Shown here one piece after another: positions 57,222 to 64,000 of a stretch of 64,000 nucleotides of DNA. The notes under the pieces were generated by a model. It was not told the origin of the DNA, did not search any database, and worked only from the letters and a program-made list of their open reading frames with translations. How positions within the stretch are numbered: the stretch's first letter is position 1; each line of letters begins with the position of its first letter. This DNA is from Candidatus Danuiimicrobium aquiferis (lineage in GTDB: Bacteria; Omnitrophota; Omnitrophia; Omnitrophales; Danuiimicrobiaceae), in NCBI GenBank assembly GCA_001804285.1, contig MHFR01000043.1:22970-86969 (forward strand), written 5' to 3'. A program made the position numbers and the translations under genes.

Positions 57222-57848
57222 TCATATGAACAGCCCGTATCTTTTGAAATAATTCAAAACTGTTTCCGCAATAATTTTATGCCCGAGATCATTCGGATGT
57301 AAACCATCAGGTCCAATCACGTTTGTCACATCCTTTTCAAGTGGCGTTCTGATATCAATAAATTCCCATTCATACGCATGTACCATTCTCTCAATGGAAT
57401 CGCTATATTGTTTTTGCCACGAAACGGGGTCTCCATAAAAAGCGGTTTGTTCATTAAAGTGATTCGGAAAATTTTGAATAAATTTTTCACCATCCAAAGG
57501 CTGCAAATTCAAGAGAATAGCTATTTTATTATTAGCCGTTATTTGCTCAACAATTTTTTTTATATTATGCTCAAATTGCTCAATTGTGGTTTCGGGTTGG
57601 TTATTTGAGCGTATCCATGAGTCGTTGTTCCCAAAAAGAATCAAAACATGAGAACAAGATGGGTTCTGAAGCACATCGGATTCGAGCCTATTCAATCCCC
57701 CTGAGCTCGAATCTCTATTTAATCCTTTTAAAAAAACTGGTATATTAACGGACGCTTTAATAATTTTCGAACAACAATTATCCCTTGTAGAAGCGCCTGT
57801 ACCAGCAAGAACACTATCACCAAAACAAATAATTCCGATTACTTTCAT
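57222..57848 (-). CDS. SGNH/GDSL hydrolase (esterase/thioesterase)
   Basis: FGDS, FGNND, DGLHP. Confidence 0.92.
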   Translation of the reverse strand: MKVIGIICFGDSVLAGTGASTRDNCCSKIIKASVNIPVFLKGLNRDSSSGGLNRLESDVLQNPSCSHVLILFGNNDSWIRSNNQPETTIEQFEHNIKKIVEQITANNKIAILLNLQPLDGEKFIQNFPNHFNEQTAFYGDPVSWQKQYSDSIERMVHAYEWEFIDIRTPLEKDVTNVIGPDGLHPNDLGHKIIAETVLNYFKRYGLFI

Positions 57849-57857
57849 TTTGATAAA

Positions 57858-58676
57858 TCAACGATTCTTATATTGTGGTTGACGTTTATTAATGTATGCA
57901 TGAATGCCTTCCTTCATATCTTCCGACGCACAAACCTGCTCAAAACAATCCAATTCGATTTTTATTCCTTCCGATAAGGACTTTTTCATACCTTCGCGAA
58001 TCGCCTTTTGCGCATACGCGACGGCAAATTGGCTATTCCGTATAATCTTCTTCGCTATTTCCATCGATCGATTAAGGACTTCCCCGTGCTGCACTATTTC
58101 ATCTATCATTCCAATGTCATAGGCTTCCTGTGCCGTAATCATATCACCCGTTAAAATGATCTTTCTGGCCCGTGAAGTGCCAATTAAACGTGGCAAACGT
58201 TGAGTCGCACCCCAACCGGGAATAATCCCTAAATTTATTTCTGATTGAGCAAACTTCGATTTTTCAGAAGCAATGCGTAAATGACATGCTAAAATTAATT
58301 CATTTGCCCCACCAAAGCACATTGAATTAATTGCCGCTATAATAGGCTTGTCCGAATTCTCAACCTGATCATATAAATCTTGTCCTCTCTTCGCAAGAAC
58401 GCGTCCTTGCGCGGCATTATCGATGGATGCAATTTCGGTAATATCAGCACCCATCGAAAATGCTCGATCTCCCGCTCCCGTTATAATTAATATTTTCGCT
58501 TCGCGATCCTGGAAATATTGTTTCAGAACAACCTCAAATTCAGCAAAAAAAACAGGCGTAATAATATTGAGCGGGGGATTATTGATAGTCAAAATCCATA
58601 TCGCTTTAGTTTCTTCCGTACTCACAAACATCGTCTTGAATTTCGTCTCGGCTTCATTCATGATTGAACAATCCAT
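57858..58676 (-). CDS. Enoyl-CoA hydratase/crotonase family protein
   Basis: FSMGADI, GGANEL, SEINLGIIPGWGATQRLPRLIG (both catalytic Glu present). Confidence 0.93.
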   Translation of the reverse strand: MDCSIMNEAETKFKTMFVSTEETKAIWILTINNPPLNIITPVFFAEFEVVLKQYFQDREAKILIITGAGDRAFSMGADITEIASIDNAAQGRVLAKRGQDLYDQVENSDKPIIAAINSMCFGGANELILACHLRIASEKSKFAQSEINLGIIPGWGATQRLPRLIGTSRARKIILTGDMITAQEAYDIGMIDEIVQHGEVLNRSMEIAKKIIRNSQFAVAYAQKAIREGMKKSLSEGIKIELDCFEQVCASEDMKEGIHAYINKRQPQYKNR

Positions 58677-58686
58677 TCTTTGATAA

Positions 58687-58992
58687 TTATCGTTTAATAC
58701 CTCTCTGCTTTTGCAGATGAATAATATAATCTACGATATCAGATAATTTGCGCTTTGTACTAACTTCACTCAAGTTGGGACTTATTTGAAAATCGTCTTC
58801 AATCGCATTCATTAAATCTAGGGATTCAAGCGAATCCACGCCCAAATCCTCCGCTAAATCTGTCTCCCAATTCAATTGAGGCCTGTTTTCCGGCTTCTTC
58901 TCTTTCATCACTTTCAATAAATTCATTAAAATTCCTTTTAAGCGATTAAAGATTTCTTCTCTGTTCGGGTTTATTGCTCCGCTCTCTGCCAT
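58687..58992 (-). CDS. Acyl carrier protein
   Basis: DLGVDSL phosphopantetheine site; start MAESG after AGGAGG. Confidence 0.9.
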   Translation of the reverse strand: MAESGAINPNREEIFNRLKGILMNLLKVMKEKKPENRPQLNWETDLAEDLGVDSLESLDLMNAIEDDFQISPNLSEVSTKRKLSDIVDYIIHLQKQRGIKR

Positions 58993-58993
58993 A

Positions 58994-60232
58994 TTAATCC
59001 CTCCTAAATACAAGAACTGCGTTATTAGAACCAAATCCAAAAGAATTTGAAACCACCACTTCCAATTTAGCCGCACGGCCTTGATTGGGAACATAATCAA
59101 GATCACAATCAGGATCTGGCGTATTCAAATTAATAGTTGGCGGGATAAATCCTTTCTCTATTGATAAACAACATATAATAGCCTCGATTGCTCCTGCAGC
59201 TCCAATCGTATGACCAATCATTGATTTAATGCTACTAATCGGAATTTTTTTTGCGTATTCGTTAAAAACTAACTTAATAGCCTTTGTTTCAGCAAGGTCA
59301 TTCCACTTTGTCGAAGTGCCGTGCGCGTTAATATAGTCTACATCCATTGGTTCGAGACCTGCATCGTCCAAGGCAAGCTTCATAGCTGCCGCAGCATCTT
59401 CACCGGAAGGATTGGGTGTAACCATATGATATGCTCCGCAATTGGAACCGAAGCCCGCAATTTCGGCATAAATATGCGCTCCCCTTGCTTGCGCATGTTC
59501 GGCATTCTCAAGAATTAAAATACCGGCCCCTTCGCCCAATACAAAACCTTCCCGAGTTAAATCAAATGGGCGAGAAGCCTTTGTGGGATTATTATTATCA
59601 GGACTTAATACCATCATTTGTTGATAAGCAGCGAATGTTACTCGACTTATTGGTGCTTCGACGCCGCCAGTAACTGCAATATTTGCAACCCCCTGCCGAA
59701 TCTTATTACAAGCTTCACCAATTGCTTGCGCACTCGAAGAACACGCTGTTGATATAACTTGATTCACGCCCTTGATTCCATATTGCAAGGCAATATAGGC
59801 AGAAACCGCATTGGGCGTTATCCGCGGAACTGAACTCGCAGCGGCTTTCTTAGGATCATCATGTTTAACAACCTCAATAATCGTTTCCTCGTGAAAATTA
59901 TTGCCCCCTTGACCGGAACCAATAATAACGATTGCTTGTGTTAATGCACCATTTTCAGAGCTTAATTTTGCATCATCCAAAGCTAATTTAGCAGCTGCTA
60001 GCCCCAAATGCGCAAAACGATCTGTCTTTCGCATAACAGCTATCGGCATATATTCAACCGGGTCAAAATTTTTCACTTCTGCAGCAGTTTTGACACTATA
60101 TTTGGCAATGTCAAATCGGGTAATAAAATCAATCCCCGACTTCCCGCCAAACGTCGATGCGGCGAATTCATTCACACCAATACCGTTAGGAGCGACAATG
60201 CCTAATCCCGTGACGACTACCCTCTTTTTCAC
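58994..60232 (-). CDS. fabF: Beta-ketoacyl-ACP synthase II
   Basis: RVVVTGLG, TACSS, HGTST, KSMIGH, NSFGFG; intact Cys-His-His triad. Confidence 0.93.
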   Translation of the reverse strand: MKKRVVVTGLGIVAPNGIGVNEFAASTFGGKSGIDFITRFDIAKYSVKTAAEVKNFDPVEYMPIAVMRKTDRFAHLGLAAAKLALDDAKLSSENGALTQAIVIIGSGQGGNNFHEETIIEVVKHDDPKKAAASSVPRITPNAVSAYIALQYGIKGVNQVISTACSSSAQAIGEACNKIRQGVANIAVTGGVEAPISRVTFAAYQQMMVLSPDNNNPTKASRPFDLTREGFVLGEGAGILILENAEHAQARGAHIYAEIAGFGSNCGAYHMVTPNPSGEDAAAAMKLALDDAGLEPMDVDYINAHGTSTKWNDLAETKAIKLVFNEYAKKIPISSIKSMIGHTIGAAGAIEAIICCLSIEKGFIPPTINLNTPDPDCDLDYVPNQGRAAKLEVVVSNSFGFGSNNAVLVFRRD

Positions 60233-60600
60233 AAATACTCCCGCATCGTTATCATTAAACGATCTAAATCGAATGGCTTTTGAATAATCTCGCCAAATTT
60301 TTCTGCTTTCAAATGAATGCTGTCTTCCGCATATCCTGTAATGAAAATAACCGGCAAATCTTTTTTATTGTCCTTCTTACGTTGTTCTTGAATGAAATTG
60401 ATAGCATCAACTCCATTCATCTTGGGCATTCGAATATCCGCAAATATAATATCGAATTCAATTTCTTTTGCATACTGTAAAGCCACTTCACCTTGATCTG
60501 CTAAACGATAATCATATCCCTGCTTTTTTAAAAGAGCTCCCAGCGTTTTTAAAACCAATTCATCATCATCTATTACTAGAACTTTTTTCCCAATAGACAT
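60229..60600 (-). CDS. Single-domain response regulator embedded in the biosynthetic operon
   Basis: VIDDD, FADIRMP, ITG, KPF; GTGA overlap with fabF. Confidence 0.9.
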   Translation of the reverse strand: MSIGKKVLVIDDDELVLKTLGALLKKQGYDYRLADQGEVALQYAKEIEFDIIFADIRMPKMNGVDAINFIQEQRKKDNKKDLPVIFITGYAEDSIHLKAEKFGEIIQKPFDLDRLMITMREYL

Positions 60601-60601
60601 A

Positions 60602-61438
60602 CTATATTTTCCTCGCCGTACAAAGGTTATACATGTTCCATTGATCACGGCTAATGATTATATCTTGAAAGCCAATCTTATGTAACCATTCTCGCCAGAA
60701 GTTGGGTTTTCGATAATACAAAACCCATGCACCTTCTTTAGTTTTACCTATTTTTTCCATAAGTTTTCTGCTTGGATTATTCTCCTGACTATCAAACAAG
60801 AACATCCCACCATCATCTAAAGCATCATAAGCATTCTTCATGACATCGATTGATTTGTTATCATCAATATATACGGTCAGGCCAGAAGCAACGATAATAT
60901 TTGGCTTCCAATCAATCCCTCCTCCAAACTTTTTCAAGAGACTCAATCGAAAAACATTGCCCCTGACAAAACGCAAACTCGTTTCGGGAACGTCATATTC
61001 TTTTGCCAATGCCTGCCCGTATCGAATCGATTTTTTGTCATAATCCACAGCAACGGTTTCAATCGCTTGCCCCTTGAATAATTGGGCGATATCTAATAAA
61101 TATCGACCTGTCCCGCAAGCGACATCAACAATCATAGTCACTTTTCCCGATATTTTATTATTCTCTACCTCATTACTTAAAATTTTGATCAGATTGTTTC
61201 TACGATTTCGCGTTGCTTGAACCGATGGAAGATTTAACAAGATTGAATCAACTAAATACCCCAGAGGATTATAGCCCGACGGCTTATTTTGATACATATA
61301 GTCAAAATTATAACCAGTCGCCGCTTCACCCAAAACGCTTTGACGTCCAAATTTACTCATCAATAATAAATTGCGAATAATTTTTTGATACAAAACATCT
61401 TCGAATAAAGTAGAGATTTTTTTGTTAAAATTTGCCAT
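60602..61438 (-). CDS. Class I SAM-dependent methyltransferase (YnbC C-terminal / PhcB-like)
   Basis: DVACGTG SAM motif, SGLTVY; N-terminal FDYMYQNKPSG...ATRNR. Confidence 0.85.
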   Translation of the reverse strand: MANFNKKISTLFEDVLYQKIIRNLLLMSKFGRQSVLGEAATGYNFDYMYQNKPSGYNPLGYLVDSILLNLPSVQATRNRRNNLIKILSNEVENNKISGKVTMIVDVACGTGRYLLDIAQLFKGQAIETVAVDYDKKSIRYGQALAKEYDVPETSLRFVRGNVFRLSLLKKFGGGIDWKPNIIVASGLTVYIDDNKSIDVMKNAYDALDDGGMFLFDSQENNPSRKLMEKIGKTKEGAWVLYYRKPNFWREWLHKIGFQDIIISRDQWNMYNLCTARKI

Positions 61439-61447
61439 CGTTATTTC

Positions 61448-61729
61448 TTACGTTAAACTGTTATCATTTTCAATATGAATGCCATGTTTCTTAAGTAACG
61501 GTTTATAAAGGTGTCTCAAATCTTCCATCCCTGGGAAATTGGCCAATTTCTCGAGATTCTTCCTCGCCGCTTGATATCGCCTTCCAACGCGCAAAAGTTG
61601 CCAGGTTAAGATTAGAACGATCGGAATGCCGATCGCAGATAGAACCAAATAAACCTTATCCATATCACGCCAAAACTGCAGACCATTTTCACTTCGAAGA
61701 AAAGTATCAACTCTTCTCAACCAATCCAT
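61448..61729 (-). CDS. Small single-pass membrane protein heading the biosynthetic operon
   Basis: VYLVLSAIGIPIVLILTW TM; AGGAG RBS. Confidence 0.75.
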   Translation of the reverse strand: MDWLRRVDTFLRSENGLQFWRDMDKVYLVLSAIGIPIVLILTWQLLRVGRRYQAARKNLEKLANFPGMEDLRHLYKPLLKKHGIHIENDNSLT

Positions 61730-61930
61730 TTGCTAAATCTCCTGCTTTTATTTCATCATGCACTATAAGCCCCTGTGCTCATCAAACACAGACAAGATTC
61801 GACACACACCTGTTGGGCTAATTTATCTAATTATCGACTGCCGTTAAAATAAGCTAAACAACGGCTTAATTTTACGCCTACAACATGGCAATGACTATAG
61901 AAATATACAAGGTCAGAAAGGGCTATTTTA

Positions 61931-62317
61931 TTAAACAAAAACGATTTGACCCAAAATTTGCTTCAGCTGGCCAATGGCAAACGGTTTTACTAAACATTCA
62001 TCAGCACCTAATTGAATCGCTTTTTCTACGGTGCTTATTTGATCATCAGTTGTCATTGCAATTACTTTGGTACCGGGACTAATAGCCCTTATAAATGCCA
62101 ATAACTCTAGGCCGTATGAGGGTGCTGAGGCAAACTCCAAGGCGAGAAATAGCCACTTCGGCGTTTCTGATTCTATCATTTTGATAACTTTAGACGGCTC
62201 ACTTACAGTTAATATTTCAAAGACCGATTTCCCAGTGCGCTGTTCCAAATGCTCAAGCATGGCATTCTTGAGAACCTCACAAAGGTCTGGAACGTCCGCA
62301 ATTAAAATTTTATTCAT
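61931..62317 (-). CDS. Pseudo-receiver protein
   Basis: Receiver pattern (ILIAD, AMT, GAD, KPF) with Ala at the phosphoacceptor position (LFLAL). Confidence 0.75.
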   Translation of the reverse strand: MNKILIADVPDLCEVLKNAMLEHLEQRTGKSVFEILTVSEPSKVIKMIESETPKWLFLALEFASAPSYGLELLAFIRAISPGTKVIAMTTDDQISTVEKAIQLGADECLVKPFAIGQLKQILGQIVFV

Positions 62318-62785
62318 GAAAGTTTATAGAATGGAATTTGTCTCTTTGTTCTTATCACTTTTCGGCACATAAGACCCAAAACTCAATGATATCCGAAACT
62401 GGCTGGCTACGGGTGAGCCACCCACACCCTTTATAAAAAAGGGGTTGTTTATAATTAAGTGCTTTCTTGAGCATCGCAAAGACAGGATTATTCATAACAT
62501 CACACTGTGAAGATTTATTAGGGAGCGTAAGTTCCGCTGAAAGTAAGAACAGGATTTAATAAATAAGAACGATTTCTTACCCTACTTCCACATTCGAAAT
62601 GACAAATGAACTATTTTGAGAATGTGTAACTCTGGTTAAGAGCTGGTGTCCAAAAAGTCTCCATAGGTGACCTAAAATTACACAAATTGGACGACATTGG
62701 CATGAACTAAAAACGCAAAGTAATTTCTTGCTGCTGAACGAGATACGTTGATTTTGAAGGGCTTACAAAAAATCATCCAAACGGA

Positions 62786-62824
62786 TCCCAAAGCAGGTGC
62801 TCTAGCCACCTGAGCTACGCCCCG
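62786..62824 (-). tRNA. 5' half of tRNA-Pro(UGG), truncated after the anticodon loop (att site)
   Basis: CGGGGCG TA GCTC AGGTGGCTA GAGC A CCTGC TTTGGGA followed by non-tRNA sequence. Confidence 0.85.
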
Positions 62825-62926
62825 ACAACATATGTTTCAAATATTTCTTCTATCAAGGCGTAGCGTCTTGTCCGCCGCGTTCTTTGGCGGAAGCTACGCC
62901 CCGATGAAGATTTTTGTAGAAGGCGA

Positions 62927-62935
62927 ATTATACCA
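62927..62935 (-). promoter_or_regulatory. Extended -10 promoter element upstream of the tRNA fragment
   Basis: TGGTATAAT on the minus strand. Confidence 0.5.
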
Positions 62936-62988
62936 CTTTTTAAAAAAAAGGAAACCAGTACGTCGCCTATCATGACTCGCACTATATT

Positions 62989-63795
62989 TTACAAACGGTA
63001 TTCGTTCAAATGAGAATCTTCGGGTAAATACTTGACTTTATAACTTCCGGAATCTAAAAAAAGCCGCATGGCGGAATCTTTGACATGATAAATCAAAAAA
63101 CCGAGGACCGCAGCTTCGCTTTCGCTTACGCCTTTCGATTCCTGTAAAACACCGAACTTCACAATAAAATCGTTTTGATATTTTCGAAGCAACGGAGAAA
63201 GAAAAATCTTCTTTTTCCCGGGAATGATCCGATTCTTTGTGATGTCCTCCGCAAACAGCCGGGCCGCTTCATTCAATTGGTCTTCAATCGTCGTTCCTCG
63301 ATAGACTAAATTTGAAAGCTTCGGAGAATCTTTTCTTCCCGAAACAAGAGCGGTCAGAATCCGTTCATCACGAAATCGCTCCCGCAAAAAACCATTCTGA
63401 ATCTTTGCTAAGCTTAAATTTTGATCGGCAAGCTGAATCGCCTCCGATAGAAATATTTCCGGATTGTCAGCAACTTTTGAAAGAGGATATTTTTTAAGGA
63501 TTTCCCGAATCACACCGGCATTATAAGTGTTAATCCAAAACGCGATCTGGTCTTCCCGCGAAAACGAATTTAATCGTTCCGTCGACAGTTGTGTAACCAA
63601 TCCAAAATAAGAATCCAAATCTGACAAACCCGTCTGTTTAATTTCCCGATAATCAATCAGGCCTTCATGAATATCCCGATTAAAAATTCTGTCGAGAGAT
63701 TCATAAGTTACAACATCTTCAGCATAAGCTATAGGAAGGACAAAAAACCAAAAAAGAATAATGGCCAGATAACAAGCTAAACGGTTAAATCTCAT
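62989..63795 (-). CDS. DUF547-family secreted protein (probable host flank)
   Basis: Signal peptide ending AYA; QIAFWINTYNA motif. Confidence 0.88.
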   Translation of the reverse strand: MRFNRLACYLAIILFWFFVLPIAYAEDVVTYESLDRIFNRDIHEGLIDYREIKQTGLSDLDSYFGLVTQLSTERLNSFSREDQIAFWINTYNAGVIREILKKYPLSKVADNPEIFLSEAIQLADQNLSLAKIQNGFLRERFRDERILTALVSGRKDSPKLSNLVYRGTTIEDQLNEAARLFAEDITKNRIIPGKKKIFLSPLLRKYQNDFIVKFGVLQESKGVSESEAAVLGFLIYHVKDSAMRLFLDSGSYKVKYLPEDSHLNEYRL

Positions 63796-63865
63796 AGGGT
63801 TACAAACTCAAAAATTTTAATTAATGAAAAAATTAATGAAAATAGATAAGCAGCTGACTGAAGAA

Positions 63866-64000
63866 TCAAAAAACCAAACCGTTCTTTTTCAAAAAATCAA
63901 GGTCATCCCGGTTTAATTTAAATTCAAGCTTGGGCTGTTTCCCGGAAGAAGACATCTCCTCCTCCAACTCACGAAGCATCCCAACGCCGAATTCGTCGTA
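63866..64000 (-). CDS. 3' end of an unidentified gene (partial)
   Basis: Frame open from the window edge to TGA (...RDDLDFLKKNGLVF*). Confidence 0.4.
   Translation of the reverse strand, partial: YDEFGVGMLRELEEEMSSSGKQPKLEFKLNRDDLDFLKKNGLVF

Larger units (their letters stand above)
1..62786. mobile_element. Integrated genomic island (ICE/IME-like), left end outside the window
   Basis: Right boundary is a tRNA-Pro gene truncated at the anticodon loop; contains a coupling protein, replication-relaxation protein, RM system, phage/plasmid-type hypotheticals and a toxin-immunity-like module; no core housekeeping operons inside. Confidence 0.75.

Noticed and set aside
58687-60232. Type II polyketide cluster or housekeeping fab operon
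   Set aside because: No chain-length factor, cyclase, fabG, fabD or fabH; the genes are interleaved with signalling genes
62330-62786. Group I intron inside tRNA-Pro
   Set aside because: No 3' exon found downstream in the window and no recognisable intron core; the break after the full loop fits an integrase crossover
1-62786. Avoidance of CTCGAG sites because of the RM system
   Set aside because: Sites are readily seen (near 3090, 6875, 17123); depletion cannot be claimed without a count
820-63497. Many short overlapping or antisense ORFs in the track (e.g. 820-1209, 11867-12181, 12104-12586, 12695-13213, 18592-18963, plus-strand ORFs within 24961-46995)
   Set aside because: Shadows of better-supported genes or regulatory regions, with no motifs or convincing RBS

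Overview
Almost the whole window (1 to ~62,786) looks like one integrated accessory element. Its right boundary is a tRNA-Pro(UGG) gene broken at the anticodon loop; its left part is interrupted by an RIT-type tyrosine-recombinase element and continues beyond the window. From left to right: (1) a minus-strand block of phage/plasmid-type genes (MoxR AAA ATPase, VWA metallopeptidase, PC4-like ssDNA-binding proteins, a Cys-rich paralog pair); (2) a minimal mobilisation module (type IV coupling protein plus replication-relaxation protein); (3) a PaeR7I/XhoI-family restriction-modification pair; (4) a signalling block with two membrane GAF histidine kinases behind three evenly spaced palindromic operators; (5) a 5712-aa protein with Ig-like repeats, glycan-related domains, a C39-peptidase-like domain followed by a double-glycine-type motif, a toxin-like C-terminus and downstream immunity-like genes; (6) a 1618-aa protein in which a complete lipoprotein-like cargo is bracketed by RSE(I/L)R motifs; (7) an orphan operon divergent from an XRE-cupin regulator; (8) a fatty-acid tailoring operon (SAM methyltransferase, FabF, ACP, crotonase, SGNH hydrolase) interleaved with receivers and a third paralogous kinase. 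The style of the two large proteins suggests an Omnitrophota-like host (inference). Leading hypothesis: a mobile lipid-signal quorum-sensing circuit controlling a self-processing giant polymorphic toxin. All family calls come from reading motifs by eye; no database search was run.
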